A DNA stretch of 61,802 nucleotides, counting the filler. It is 3 parts of 3 records of this genome, joined end to end, with 100 filler letters (N's around TTAATTAATTAA, not from the genome) between each part and the next. Parts side by side here need not be neighbours in the genome. Positions count along the whole stretch, not along the records: positions 25,951 to 47,984 come from SRR20825006_1348; 2 more parts are not named here. One strand, given 5' to 3'. The notes under the pieces are model-generated. The model saw nothing but the letters and a program-made list of their open reading frames with translations, did no database searches and had not been told where the DNA came from. Both the position numbers and the translations under genes were made by a program. Below are positions 27,923-38,352 of the stretch, piece by piece. Positions within the stretch are counted from its first letter, which is position 1; each line of letters opens with the position of its first letter.

Positions 27923-30718
27923 ATGACCTTTACTTCCCGCAAGCTCCTCCTGATCGGAGCTGCCACTGCTGTGATGGCGCAGGCTGCTGCCGCCGACATC
28001 CTGAAAGGGACCGTGACCGATGCGTCCGGCGAAGCTGCGCTGCAGGGCGCGATTGTCACGATCGAGGAACTGGGCCGTACCGCCTCGTCCGACCGGTTCG
28101 GCAAGTATCGCTTCACCAGCGTCCCGGCCGGCGACTACACGGTCAGCGTCTCCTATGTCGGCGCGGACATGGTCACCGACACGGTGTCGATCTCTGGCGA
28201 CACCGATTTCAGCATCCAGCTTGGCGGCGATGTGCGCTATCTCGACAACATTCTCGTTGTCGGCTCGGCCGCGGCCCAGGCCGGTGCGATCAACCAGCAG
28301 CGCGCCTCCGATGCCATCATCAGCGTCATCGACTCCGACGGCCTCGGCAACTTCCCCGACACGACCGTGGCGGACTCGCTCGCCCGCGTGGCTGGCCTGT
28401 CCATCGAGAATGACCAGGGCGAAGGCCGCTATGTCTCGATCCGCGGCATCAACTCTGACCTGATCTCAGCCACCATCAACGGCGTGCGCACGCCGTCTCC
28501 GGAAGATCGCCGCGGCGTCCTGCTGGATGGTGTGCCATCTGACCTTCTGGACGGTATCGAAGTCCAGAAATCCCTGACCCCGGATGTCGATGCCGACACA
28601 ATCGGCGGCGTCATCAACCTCAAGACCATCTCCGCCTTTGACCGCGACGGCCAGTTCATCCGCGCCAAGGTCGAAGGCTCCTACAATGAGCTGACCGAAG
28701 ACGTCTCCCCGAAAGCCACGCTGACCTATTCCAACGTGTTTGGCGACAAGCTCGGCATTGCGGCGTCCATCAACTATCAGAGCCTCGGCATTCAGGCCCA
28801 TAACAACGAAACCGGCGGCTGGGGCTTCGACGACGACCTGAACGCTTTCATTCCGAACGATGATTATGAAATGCGCTGGTACGACCTGACGCGCGAGCGC
28901 GTCGGCCTCGTCTTCAATGTCGACTACCGCATGACCGAGAACACTGAGCTCTACCTGCGCACATTGGTCAACGAATACACGGACGACGAAGTCCGCAACA
29001 AATTCGAGTTCCGCGACCTCGCCGAAGAAGGTGTCAGCGTTGACGGCAACCTCTACAACTTCAACTTCGCCGAAGCAGACGTCGAAGTCCGCCAGCGCGA
29101 AGAGACCCGCAAGATCCAGACCTATGCGCTGGGCGGCAAGACTTTCGCCGGCAACTGGACCGTCGATTACGAAGTGTCCTACGCCTATGCCGAAGAAGAC
29201 GATTCCAACAATCACGACGTAGCCTTCCGCTCCGACGACATGGAAGGCGATGGCATCGTCGTGTGGGACAACTCCGACCCGCAGAAACCGAAGCTCTCCG
29301 GCACGGGCATCGATTTCCTGTATGACCCGGCCAGTTATGAAATGGACGCCTACGAGCAGGAGTTCACGGTCAACGAAGACACTGAATGGGCCTACAAGCT
29401 CGACCTGACCAATGACACCGTCCTCGGCAATACGCCCGTGACCTGGAAAATGGGTGTGAAGGTCCGCGACCGCGAAAAGGTCCGTGACGAGAACCTCTTC
29501 ATCTGGGAACGCGACGATGTCGCCCTGACCGATTACATCAATGCCAACAGCCAGATTTCCGGCTGGCGCATGAACAACCCGATGTTCGAATGGCCGAGCG
29601 CCGGCCTGACCCGGGCCCTGCGCGGAACCTTCACCGCCGATGAGCTGGACGAAGACGGTACGAATTTCGACAGCCTCGCCGGCGACTACACAATCGACGA
29701 GATGATCATCGCCGGCTACGGCATGGGCACCTTCCAGATCAACGACCTGACCGTCGTTGCCGGGGCGCGTATCGAAGCCACTGACGTATCAACCACGGGC
29801 AATGTCTTCTATGAAGGTGGCGATCCAGACCAGGTCGGCACACGCCAGTTCGACGATGAATATGTCCACGTTCTGCCGAGCCTGAACCTGAAATATGCCT
29901 TCTCCGAAAATGTCGTCGGCCGCGCAGCCTATTACGCTTCGCTGGTCCGCCCGGCCTTCGGTGAGATGCGCCCGACAGCTGCCTTGAATGATGACCGCGA
30001 CGAAGTCGAAATGGGTAACCCCAATCTCGACCCGTACGAGGCCAACAATTTTGACCTGTCGATCGAATACTACCCGACCAAGCTGTCGGTCCTGTCGGCT
30101 GGCTTGTTCTACAAGGACATCCGCAACCCGATCTTCGGCGCCACCTATGACATTGACCAGCTGCCAGGCTCCATCGATCTGGGCTTCCTTGGCGATGCCG
30201 GTGCGGACATCGAAGAAGTCGCCACCTACATCAATGGCGAGACCGCCACGGTGCAGGGCCTCGAACTCAACTATGTCCAGCAGCTCGACTTCCTGGGCGG
30301 CTTCTGGGAAGGCTTCCTCGCCTCCGCCAATGTCACCATCGTTGAATCCGAAGCGTCCGTCCCGGACGAAGAGGATGTGGCCCAGACCCGCGACGTGCCG
30401 CTGCTCAAGCAGAACGACCTCATCTGGAACGCCTCCATCGGCTACGACAAGGGCCCGTGGGATCTGCGCATCTCGGCCAATTTCCGCGATGACTATCTCG
30501 ACGAGCTGTTCGGCGCCGATCTGGACCGCTACACCAGCGATCACCTCAGCGTCGAAGCGTCAGCCAAATACGACGTCAACGACAACCTCCAGATCTATGT
30601 CGAAGGCAAGAACCTCACCGACGAGCCGGAATACTATTATCACGGCGCAGAAAGCCGTTTGTCTCAGTATGACGAATATGGTGCCCGCTATGTCATCGGT
30701 GCCCGCCTGACCTACTAG
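27923..30718 (+). CDS. TonB-dependent receptor, probably linked to phytate/organophosphate uptake
   Basis: Signal peptide, carboxypeptidase-regulatory-like N-domain, plug (GEGRYVSIRG, IGGVINLKT), NLTDE motif, C-terminal aromatic residue; near the phytase and under a Pho box. Confidence 0.92.
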   Translation: MTFTSRKLLLIGAATAVMAQAAAADILKGTVTDASGEAALQGAIVTIEELGRTASSDRFGKYRFTSVPAGDYTVSVSYVGADMVTDTVSISGDTDFSIQLGGDVRYLDNILVVGSAAAQAGAINQQRASDAIISVIDSDGLGNFPDTTVADSLARVAGLSIENDQGEGRYVSIRGINSDLISATINGVRTPSPEDRRGVLLDGVPSDLLDGIEVQKSLTPDVDADTIGGVINLKTISAFDRDGQFIRAKVEGSYNELTEDVSPKATLTYSNVFGDKLGIAASINYQSLGIQAHNNETGGWGFDDDLNAFIPNDDYEMRWYDLTRERVGLVFNVDYRMTENTELYLRTLVNEYTDDEVRNKFEFRDLAEEGVSVDGNLYNFNFAEADVEVRQREETRKIQTYALGGKTFAGNWTVDYEVSYAYAEEDDSNNHDVAFRSDDMEGDGIVVWDNSDPQKPKLSGTGIDFLYDPASYEMDAYEQEFTVNEDTEWAYKLDLTNDTVLGNTPVTWKMGVKVRDREKVRDENLFIWERDDVALTDYINANSQISGWRMNNPMFEWPSAGLTRALRGTFTADELDEDGTNFDSLAGDYTIDEMIIAGYGMGTFQINDLTVVAGARIEATDVSTTGNVFYEGGDPDQVGTRQFDDEYVHVLPSLNLKYAFSENVVGRAAYYASLVRPAFGEMRPTAALNDDRDEVEMGNPNLDPYEANNFDLSIEYYPTKLSVLSAGLFYKDIRNPIFGATYDIDQLPGSIDLGFLGDAGADIEEVATYINGETATVQGLELNYVQQLDFLGGFWEGFLASANVTIVESEASVPDEEDVAQTRDVPLLKQNDLIWNASIGYDKGPWDLRISANFRDDYLDELFGADLDRYTSDHLSVEASAKYDVNDNLQIYVEGKNLTDEPEYYYHGAESRLSQYDEYGARYVIGARLTY

Positions 30719-30740
30719 GCTGGGTTGACGAGACTTACCG

Positions 30741-30778
30741 AAAGCCGGGCGGGGAGCGATCCTCGCCCGGTTTTGTTT
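30741..30778 (+). terminator. Rho-independent terminator
   Basis: AAGCCGGGCGGGGA-gcga-TCCTCGCCCGGTTTTGTTT. Confidence 0.8.
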
Positions 30779-30901
30779 GAACGCATGGCACTCAGCCAAA
30801 AACCTGTGCATCTGCAATCGTTTGGGTACATTTTCCTTGCGTTAGGGGGTGCACCCGGTGTTTTTCCTGCTAGAAGGATACAATTAGCGGGAGAATTTTT
30901 C

Positions 30902-31165
30902 ATGAAAGCACCAATTCTGGCTCTGGCCGCCCTGATCGCGGTATCCGGCTGCGCCCTCAAAAAGAAAGAGGGCTACTCGGTCGCCGATGCGTCCAATGAC
31001 GAGAACATGATCTGTGAGCGCGTAGCGATCCCGGGCAAAGTCTATCCTGGCAAGATCTGCATGACTGCAGAACAGTGGGCCCGTCATGAGGCTCAAGGTG
31101 AGAAAATGGCTGGTGAAGCCCAGCGCGGTGCATTGCGGACCCCGGCGCCAGGTCAAGGCACCTGA
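30902..31165 (+). CDS. Small lipoprotein (87 aa)
   Basis: MKAPILALAALIAVSG/C lipobox; GGGAG RBS; two further Cys. Confidence 0.7.
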   Translation: MKAPILALAALIAVSGCALKKKEGYSVADASNDENMICERVAIPGKVYPGKICMTAEQWARHEAQGEKMAGEAQRGALRTPAPGQGT

Positions 31166-31192
31166 GCCAAGTTCGACAAGATCACTATCCGG

Positions 31193-31222
31193 GAAAAGCA
31201 GGCCAATTGGCCTGCTTTTTTC
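31193..31222 (+). terminator. Rho-independent terminator
   Basis: GAAAAGCAGGCC-aatt-GGCCTGCTTTTTTC. Confidence 0.8.
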
Positions 31223-31342
31223 ATGTCCGACAGACGCGCATCATGGCACATTTGTGAAAACTCGCCCGCGCGTCTTGATCTTGCGCCGGACGCAGGGAAT
31301 ACCGACCCGAACCCTGTTTGTCCCAGCCCCTGAGGAGTGTTC

Positions 31343-32374
31343 ATGAAACGCTATATTCCCCTCGCCGCCCTGCTTCTGTCTGCCTGCGCCACAGAGCCTG
31401 CCCAGCAGATTTACGCCATCGACACTGCGCCCATCCCGGCATCTATCGAAACGGCGCCCATGACAGGCACAGGCGACAAGGCGGACGATCCGGCTGTCTG
31501 GGTGAATGTCGCAAACCCGGCTGACAGCCTGGTGCTCGGCACCAACAAGGATGAAGGCCTCCACGTCTACAATCTCGCAGGCGAAGAGCTTCAATTCCTT
31601 GATGTCGGCCGCGTCAACAATGTCGACCTGCGCGGCGATGTCGCTGTCGCCTCGAATGACGAAACCAATTCCATCAGCTGGTTTGCCATCGACCCGGTCA
31701 CCGCCACGGTCAGCCATGTTGGCGACACGCCAACACAGAAAGACGAACCCTATGGCATCTGTGCTGGTCAGGTCGGCACCACCTATTACGCAATGCCCAC
31801 TTATAAGGACGGCATGGCCCAGGTCTGGTCTGTCCAGACCGACAAGATGAGTGAAGGTCCGGAGCTGGTCGCTGAAATCCAGGTTGGCCAGTTCGGCCAG
31901 CTTCAACTGGAAGGCTGTGTATTTGACGAAGCCAATGGTCAGGTCTTTCTCGGTGAGGAAGAGCACGGCATCTGGAAACTCGACCTGAATGACTGGTCTG
32001 CCGCCCCGGTCAGCGTCGACACGATCGCCGCACAGAATGGCCTGGTCGCCGATGTTGAAGGCATGGACATCTGGGCCGGTGCAGATGGCGCGGGTTACCT
32101 TGTTGCGTCGTCCCAGGCCGCAGACCGGTTTGTCGTCTATGACCTGAAAGCCCCTCATGCGCCGCGCGGCGTCTTCACCGTAACGGCCAATGCCGACGGC
32201 TCCATCGACGCTGTAACGCATACGGATGGTCTGGATGTCAGCTCTGCGGCGCTGCCGGGCTTCCCGAAAGGCATTCTCGTCGTTCAGGATGATGGCAATC
32301 CGGCCTCCGGCGTCGACCAGAACTTCAAGCTGGTCGACTGGTCCCTGATCGAATCCGCCCTCGGCCTCGACTAA
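31343..32374 (+). CDS. Beta-propeller phytase (lipoprotein)
   Basis: ADDPAVW, GRVNNVDLR, EPYGIC, EGCVFD, ADVEG, SSQ, HTDGLD, QDD, QNFK motifs; LSAC lipobox; start moved to the ATG after GAGGAG. Confidence 0.93.
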   Translation: MKRYIPLAALLLSACATEPAQQIYAIDTAPIPASIETAPMTGTGDKADDPAVWVNVANPADSLVLGTNKDEGLHVYNLAGEELQFLDVGRVNNVDLRGDVAVASNDETNSISWFAIDPVTATVSHVGDTPTQKDEPYGICAGQVGTTYYAMPTYKDGMAQVWSVQTDKMSEGPELVAEIQVGQFGQLQLEGCVFDEANGQVFLGEEEHGIWKLDLNDWSAAPVSVDTIAAQNGLVADVEGMDIWAGADGAGYLVASSQAADRFVVYDLKAPHAPRGVFTVTANADGSIDAVTHTDGLDVSSAALPGFPKGILVVQDDGNPASGVDQNFKLVDWSLIESALGLD

Positions 32375-32397
32375 GTCTGAGCGTTACCCCAGAGTCA

Positions 32398-32439
32398 CGA
32401 AAGCCCGCCCTCCGGCGCATTGGAGAGCGGGCTTTTTCG
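32398..32439. terminator. Bidirectional terminator between convergent genes
   Basis: CGAAAGCCCGCCCTCC-loop-GGAGAGCGGGCTTTTTCG. Confidence 0.75.
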
Positions 32440-32459
32440 TTTGCGATGCACAGGGCCTG

Positions 32460-33080
32460 TCAGGCAGCCCTGGCAGCGAGGATGGCCTCTTCCACGTCGC
32501 GCAACCTGTCCTTGCCGAACCACATCCTCTCCTTCACGAAGAAGGTGGGTGAGCCGAAATTGCCGCGCTCGACGGAGGCCGTGGTGTTGTCCACCAATTC
32601 CTGCTTGATCCCGGAATCCTGCGCCTTGGCCATCAAGGCGTCTGCGGGCAAATCCGCTGCGGTCAGAACCCTTCCGATCGTTTCAGGATCATCCATCTTT
32701 TGCGCGCCCTGCCACATCGCAGCGTAGATCGCGTTCACATAGGGCTTGAACACGTCCAGATGCTGCGCCGCCACGGCGCCGCGCATGATCGCCAGCGTGT
32801 TGACCGGAAAATGCGGGTTCATCGCGAAGGCCTGGGTCAGGCCATGCCGCTCGATGAACCGCATCATTTCGAGCCGCTCATATTCCGGTTTGTTTCGAAT
32901 ACCCGCAAACGCCATCACCGGGGACTGATTGCCTGTCGCCTTGAACACACCGCCCAGCAGAACCGGCACATAGGTGAAGCTCACTCCGGTGCGCGCCTCC
33001 ACGTCCGGAATCACCTTGTGGCTGAGATAAGCATTCGGGCTGCCGAAATCGAAATGGAATTCAACGCTCACATCACGCAT
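32460..33080 (-). CDS. 2-hydroxychromene-2-carboxylate isomerase / DsbA-like (GST kappa) protein
   Basis: FDFGSPNAYL, GNFGSPTF, FGKDRL; TGATG coupling to the SDR gene. Confidence 0.88.
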   Translation of the reverse strand: MRDVSVEFHFDFGSPNAYLSHKVIPDVEARTGVSFTYVPVLLGGVFKATGNQSPVMAFAGIRNKPEYERLEMMRFIERHGLTQAFAMNPHFPVNTLAIMRGAVAAQHLDVFKPYVNAIYAAMWQGAQKMDDPETIGRVLTAADLPADALMAKAQDSGIKQELVDNTTASVERGNFGSPTFFVKERMWFGKDRLRDVEEAILAARAA

Positions 33081-33808
33081 CACCATGTCTCCCCATAGGG
33101 ACGGATTTCCTGTTCGAAGGTCCAGGCTGTTTCCGGTTGCTGGAACAATTGCCAATAGGCATCCGCGATGGCTTCGGGTGGCATCAGGCCCGGCGGGTTG
33201 TCTGGCCCACCTGCCTGCCTGATCCGTTCGCGCACCCATTCGGTATCGACGCCAGCGTCAATGATGAGATGGGCCACGTGGATATGCCGGGGCCAAAGTT
33301 CGCGCGCCATGGATTCGGCAACGGCGCGCAATCCGAACTTGGCCGCGGCAAAGGCGGCGTAGCCATTCCCCCCGCGTCGCCCTGCGGTTGCACCGGTAAA
33401 GAAGATCTTGCCCTCCCCATGCTCAAGCATCAGCCGCGCAGATTCGCGCCCCGTCACGAAGCCGGCGAAGCAGGCCATCTCCCAGACCTTGCGGAACACG
33501 CGATCCGTCGTCTCAAGTATGGGAAAATTCACATTGGCCCCCACATTGAAAATGGTAAGGGCGAGCGGTGCCAACGCGTCCGCTTCGGCAAGGAAAGCGG
33601 TGACATCTTCTGGTTCGCGCGCATCCAGAGATCGGGCTGAGATCCTGCCACCGGCCGCCTCTATCTCGGCGACCAGAGGCTCAAGCTTGTCGCCATTGCG
33701 CCGGCCTGCCACGATCAAATACCCCTCAGAAGCGAATTTTTTCGCAATGGCCGTGCCAATATAATCGCCCGCCCCCACAATCGCGACGCTTTTGTCCAAA
33801 TGCGCCAT
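33080..33808 (-). CDS. Short-chain dehydrogenase/reductase
   Basis: GAGDYIG Rossmann motif, FTGATA, FAAAKFGLR. Confidence 0.9.
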   Translation of the reverse strand: MAHLDKSVAIVGAGDYIGTAIAKKFASEGYLIVAGRRNGDKLEPLVAEIEAAGGRISARSLDAREPEDVTAFLAEADALAPLALTIFNVGANVNFPILETTDRVFRKVWEMACFAGFVTGRESARLMLEHGEGKIFFTGATAGRRGGNGYAAFAAAKFGLRAVAESMARELWPRHIHVAHLIIDAGVDTEWVRERIRQAGGPDNPPGLMPPEAIADAYWQLFQQPETAWTFEQEIRPYGETW

Positions 33809-33850
33809 GTCACACCTCCTTCTTGACCTCTGGTCTTCTCATTCAAGTTA

Positions 33851-33864
33851 TGTGTATATGCACA
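33851..33864. promoter_or_regulatory. Putative MarR operator
   Basis: Near-palindrome TGTGTATATGCACA in the divergent SDR/marR spacer. Confidence 0.5.
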
Positions 33865-33930
33865 CTTAATGGGGTCGCGGTAAATCCCCCAATCATCGAC
33901 GACCTAGAAAATCAGTGCAGGACACGCGTC

Positions 33931-34410
33931 ATGCTGACGGACAAGACAGACAAGATCCCGCTGTTGGAAGACCTCCGCCACAGCCCTCACGTGTGCATGG
34001 CCGAGGCGGCCCGCGCCGCAAATCGCGCGCTTGCCCGTCATTACGGTGCCTATCTGGACGGAGCCGGCATCGCTCCCGGACAGGCCTCTCTTTTGATGCA
34101 GCTCTACTATCTGCAAGATACCTCCGTCGCCGATTTCGCAGCGCGCATGCGCACCGAGCGCACAACCATGGTCAGAAACATCGCGGCGCTTGAACGTACA
34201 GGCCAGGTCGAAACCTTCACGCCAGAGGGCCTGCGCGCGCGCCATGTCCGCCTGACCGATCAGGGACGTGCCTTGCTGACCGACATCGTCACCCGATGGA
34301 ATGATGCCCAAACGGCGCTCAAGGCAAAGCTTGAGGCAGCGCAATGGGACGCTCTCATCAGCGCGCTGAACATGCTTGGAAACATAGATACTCACAATAC
34401 AAACGATTGA
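33931..34410 (+). CDS. MarR-family regulator
   Basis: C..AARAANR..ARHY, RTTMVRNIAALERTG, VRLTDQGR. Confidence 0.85.
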   Translation: MLTDKTDKIPLLEDLRHSPHVCMAEAARAANRALARHYGAYLDGAGIAPGQASLLMQLYYLQDTSVADFAARMRTERTTMVRNIAALERTGQVETFTPEGLRARHVRLTDQGRALLTDIVTRWNDAQTALKAKLEAAQWDALISALNMLGNIDTHNTND

Positions 34411-34479
34411 GGCAGAGTTCAGACAATGTACTAGACGTGCACTGGCCGCTCGATTTTGGTCCCATGAGGAAGGGACTGG

Positions 34480-34763
34480 AAAAATCGGTCGATTTCGCTG
34501 TGGACGCCAACACGCTCTACTCCATCTATCTTCTGTCACAGAATGGCGGAGAGCTGCGTCACGAGTTCACGCCCACGGGAATCGCCTATGACTTGCGCAT
34601 CGATGGCAAGCTGGTGGCGCCTGCGCCGAGCGCAGAGACCGCACTGGTCAAGAGTGCCGCCAGCTCGCAACACCGGCTGGGCATCCTGATCCGCCCCGAC
34701 ACCACTCACGCCCCCGCTGGCAAGTACACAGACCGCCTGACACAGGTGATCGTCGGGGATTAG
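34480..34763 (+). pseudogene. Probable C-terminal fragment of a spore-coat-U/Csu pilin-like protein
   Basis: Beta-rich reading frame ending APAGKYTDRLTQVI; no signal peptide and no convincing start. Confidence 0.4.
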
Positions 34764-34782
34764 GGCGGCTTCGGTGCCTACC

Positions 34783-35244
34783 CTACAGCCCCAACTCGCT
34801 GAGGCCGGGATAATCGTCAGGACGACGGCCCATCAGCCAGCGGAACTTTCTTTCACCTGCCGAGATGGGAAGGTTGTTGATGCTGGCATGCCGTCGTTGC
34901 ATCAAGCCAGACTCGCTGAACTCCCAATTCTCGTTGCCATATGCCCGGTACCATTGACCGGTGCGATCGTGAAATTCGTACGCATATCGCACAGCAATCC
35001 GGTTGTCAGAAAAGGCGAACAACTCCTTGATCAATCGATACTGGATCTCTCGCCGCCACTTGGCAGTCAGGAAACTGACGATTTCGGCGCGACCATTGAT
35101 GAAGAGGTCGCGGTTTCGCCAGATACTATCCTCGGTATAGGCCAGCGACACTTTCTCGGGATCCTGCCCGTTCCACGCATCTTCGGCGAGGCGGACTTTC
35201 TCGATAGCCGTTTGCACTGTGAAAGGAGGTAAAGGGGGGCGCAT
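34783..35244 (-). CDS. DUF1348 (NTF2/SnoaL-like) protein
   Basis: [41 protein letters not shown]. Confidence 0.9.
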   Translation of the reverse strand: MRPPLPPFTVQTAIEKVRLAEDAWNGQDPEKVSLAYTEDSIWRNRDLFINGRAEIVSFLTAKWRREIQYRLIKELFAFSDNRIAVRYAYEFHDRTGQWYRAYGNENWEFSESGLMQRRHASINNLPISAGERKFRWLMGRRPDDYPGLSELGL

Positions 35245-35312
35245 ATGGGGCTCCTGAAATATCTGAAGGAAAGAATGCGGCCGGACGCACCGCCCGGCCG
35301 CCAATGAAAGGA

Positions 35313-35798
35313 TCAGAGATCACCAACAGCCTTGTGCTGGATCGACGGCCAGGTCTTTTCAGCGCGTTTGAGAATCTTCACCTTGTCTTTCTTGTATTTT
35401 TCAAAGACGTCTGCGTTCACGAACAGGTAGAGCTTGCCATCGACAATGTCTGCATAGTGAGGATCACCGTCGAACTTCTTGCCAAGGGCGACAGCATAAG
35501 CGCAGAAGCCACCATATTGCGGGGCAAAGCGCACCGGATCAGTCTTGAATTTGCGAGCCGATTCCGCAGACGCAAAATAGTAGGCGACGCCATCTTCAAC
35601 AACCGTATGCGCGGCGTCGCCTTCGGCGACTGCGTTATAGGTGGTCAGGGCGACTGCGTCGACGCCGTGCAGGCCCAGGGGAACGCCCGCTGTCGTTACG
35701 CCGTTCGACACATTGTATTCGTCTTCTGCGAAAGCGGGCATTGAGGCCGACATCGCAATCGCGATGGCCATGCCAGTGAGATAAAGTTTCTTGGTCAT
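35313..35798 (-). CDS. Secreted YHS-domain protein
   Basis: Signal peptide; [26 protein letters not shown]. Confidence 0.85.
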   Translation of the reverse strand: MTKKLYLTGMAIAIAMSASMPAFAEDEYNVSNGVTTAGVPLGLHGVDAVALTTYNAVAEGDAAHTVVEDGVAYYFASAESARKFKTDPVRFAPQYGGFCAYAVALGKKFDGDPHYADIVDGKLYLFVNADVFEKYKKDKVKILKRAEKTWPSIQHKAVGDL

Positions 35799-36016
35799 GT
35801 CAGATATCCTTGAGGGGTGAATGCCAGTCATCTGGCGGAACAGGCCGATGGTTCAGGGGCTGCGCGCAGGAGTACGCATTTTCGGGCGGCGGGAGGCCTG
35901 CAAATATCCGCCGACGAAACAAGAGGGCGCCCAGCTGATGGGTGTGGGTGGGTGAGTTCAACTGGGCGCCAAGGGAGCCATCCGGGGAGAGGGCGCAGGA
36001 AAGATGGCTCCGAAGC

Positions 36017-36838
36017 TTATTTCTTGTAGGCGGATCTGATCGCCTTCACCGTGTTGGCGGTGTTATCAACGGCACTGGCAATCATTCGAAAATTGGTGAG
36101 GGATGCGTCATAGCCGTTGTAGTGCTCTGTGATGGCTCCGGCCGTTGCATCAGTCACAACCATGACCTCGAAACCTGATTCGATCAGGCTGCGCATGTGG
36201 GACTCCGTACACAGATTTGATGACATTCCTGCAAGAATGACCTTGTTGATGCCGGCTTTACGCAGCTGGAGCGCAAGGTCATTGCTATCCGGGCCATAGA
36301 CTTTGTGCGGGCTGGTCACCACCGTCTCACCATTCTCGATATAGGGCTTGTACTGGTCCAGCCAGTCAGCACCAGACCCTTCGAATCCTTCGAGGTTCAA
36401 GGCGGATGGACGGTCGAACATGCCGATGGAGTGCATCAAGGTCTCGAGCGTGCCCTCGAAGAGCCACTCATGATCGTGCTCATAATAGTAATGCGGAGAG
36501 ACGAATACGGGCATGCCGGTTTGCTCGGCAACCGCGAACAGATCGCCGATATTTTCGACGGTGCCGTTCTCCGTGATGCTTTGCCCGACCACGCCCCAAG
36601 TGACGCCGTCAGGAGACAGGAAATCATTTTGCGGATCGGTGACAACGATGGCTGTACCATCCGTGGTCACCACAAATCCTGGCATGGGCAAGCCATCATT
36701 GACCGGCGGCATCTTGGCCGACGCCGGGCGGGCGCCTTGGCTCTCGGCTTCGGCTGCAACGCCGATCAGGGCAATGACAGCCGTGGCCGTCGCGATGAAC
36801 TTGAGAAGCGCTTGTGGCGTACTGGGTGAATTCAACAT
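36017..36838 (-). CDS. Isochorismatase-family cysteine hydrolase with signal peptide
   Basis: TDPQNDFLS, HKVY, GMSSNLCTESH. Confidence 0.88.
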   Translation of the reverse strand: MLNSPSTPQALLKFIATATAVIALIGVAAEAESQGARPASAKMPPVNDGLPMPGFVVTTDGTAIVVTDPQNDFLSPDGVTWGVVGQSITENGTVENIGDLFAVAEQTGMPVFVSPHYYYEHDHEWLFEGTLETLMHSIGMFDRPSALNLEGFEGSGADWLDQYKPYIENGETVVTSPHKVYGPDSNDLALQLRKAGINKVILAGMSSNLCTESHMRSLIESGFEVMVVTDATAGAITEHYNGYDASLTNFRMIASAVDNTANTVKAIRSAYKK

Positions 36839-37087
36839 GGGTCTTTTTCCTCGCGGCTGTTGGGTCTGGTGGTCCAGTTTGCCAGCCCGGCGGGGAGATA
36901 CTCCCGGTCTGGAGCGTCACCCTGAGCTGATCTGTACTCATCGTATGAGGGGCGACGATGAGCGTATTGACCGGTCGCGACATCCTGTTGACTGGACGCG
37001 ACAATCCCTTTGGCGCAATGTGAAAGCGTGAGGTGCGATGGGGATCGCGCCCTTGGCGGGAAGGCCAAAGCGGGGAGCGCGCGGGAG

Positions 37088-38101
37088 ATGGCAACAGTTT
37101 CAACCGTCTTCGTATTGAGGATCATTGAGCGGCTCAGCGACCGGATGGATCGGGACATGTTGTGCCGTGTGGCCGGACTCGACCCGTCGCCATCGGCCGG
37201 CCCGCCGCCCGCCATGATCCACGCCGCCAATTATTACAGCTTGCTGGAAACCATCGCCGAGACCGAGACACCGGATATCCGCTTCCTGCTCGGCGTCAGC
37301 ATGTCGGCCACCTGCTCCGATTTCGGCGCTGTGGGCCTGGCCTGGAAATCGGCACCGACGCTGCGCCAGTCCTTCCTGCGGATGGACCGCCATGCGCGCG
37401 CCTACAATACGGCCTCGACGTTCAAACTGTATGACAAGGGCGACACATTCTGGTGGACGCACCGGCGGCCGGACACGCCGCGCCTCGGCCTGGACCTGTC
37501 GAGCGAGGGCGCGCTGGCCACCTATGTCACGCTGTGCCGGGAGGCGACCGGCCCGAATTCGAAACCGGGCGCGGTACAGTTCTGCCACCCGGAACCGGCC
37601 GGCTCGCGGGAGCTACTGGAGGCACACTTTCGCTGTCCGATCACTTTCGGGGCGGACATTGACGCACTGATCATCCCGGCCGAGCGGCTCGACAAGCCGA
37701 ACCTGGTCGGCGACGAAAGCATCTGGAAATTCCTGAGCGCCCAGGCCGAGGGAATGCTGCCGGCCGAGTCCGGGGATCGCCAGCTGGACCGGCAGGTCGT
37801 GCTGCAGATTGCCGATGTGCTGACCGATGGCATTCCGTCGCTGGCGCAAGTTGCCTCGGATCTCGGCATGAGTGCCCGGACGCTGCAGCGCCGGCTGTCG
37901 GACCAGGGGCTGACCTTCCAGGCCCTGGTGGACCAGGCGCGGCGCGAGACGGCCGAGCGCTTTCTCGCCGACACGCGCTATTCCATTGCGGAAGTGGCTT
38001 TCCTGACAGGGTTTTCCGAACAGAGCGCCTTCACCCGCGCCTTCAAGCGCTGGGCGGGCCAGACCCCCGGGACCTATCGCGACCTGACCGCCGCCCCCTG
38101 A
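37088..38101 (+). CDS. AraC-family regulator
   Basis: MSARTLQRRL, SIAEVAFLTGFSEQSAFTRAFKRW; divergent from the hydrolase/YHS genes. Confidence 0.92.
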   Translation: MATVSTVFVLRIIERLSDRMDRDMLCRVAGLDPSPSAGPPPAMIHAANYYSLLETIAETETPDIRFLLGVSMSATCSDFGAVGLAWKSAPTLRQSFLRMDRHARAYNTASTFKLYDKGDTFWWTHRRPDTPRLGLDLSSEGALATYVTLCREATGPNSKPGAVQFCHPEPAGSRELLEAHFRCPITFGADIDALIIPAERLDKPNLVGDESIWKFLSAQAEGMLPAESGDRQLDRQVVLQIADVLTDGIPSLAQVASDLGMSARTLQRRLSDQGLTFQALVDQARRETAERFLADTRYSIAEVAFLTGFSEQSAFTRAFKRWAGQTPGTYRDLTAAP

Positions 38102-38144
38102 CCCCACAAAAAAGGCCGCCCCACAGGACGGCCAACCGAAACAT

Positions 38145-38160
38145 CTGGTGCCAGAAGAGG
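38145..38160. repeat. att direct repeat (tRNA-Leu 3'-end copy with a 1-bp deletion)
   Basis: CTGGTG-CCAGAAGAGG versus CTGGTGCCCAGAAGAGG at 47894-47910. Confidence 0.85.
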
Positions 38161-38220
38161 CATCAAAATCGATATACAACACCCTGTTTTCAAAAGATAA
38201 AAATACATTATTGATTTCTA

Positions 38221-38242
38221 TACCCCCAAATGTACCCCCAAT
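38221..38242. repeat. Putative integrase arm-binding repeats
   Basis: TACCCCCAA twice at 12-bp spacing; the same pair occurs at 47753/47765. Confidence 0.65.
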
Positions 38243-38352
38243 TGGGCTCGATTGATCGAACTTGAAGGGCAACTGTCGGTCAAAAGTTAACCATCGGTAT
38301 CAAAATACTAACGAATTGAAGCGACCTTCCTAAGAGTGAACAGGAGGGTCTC

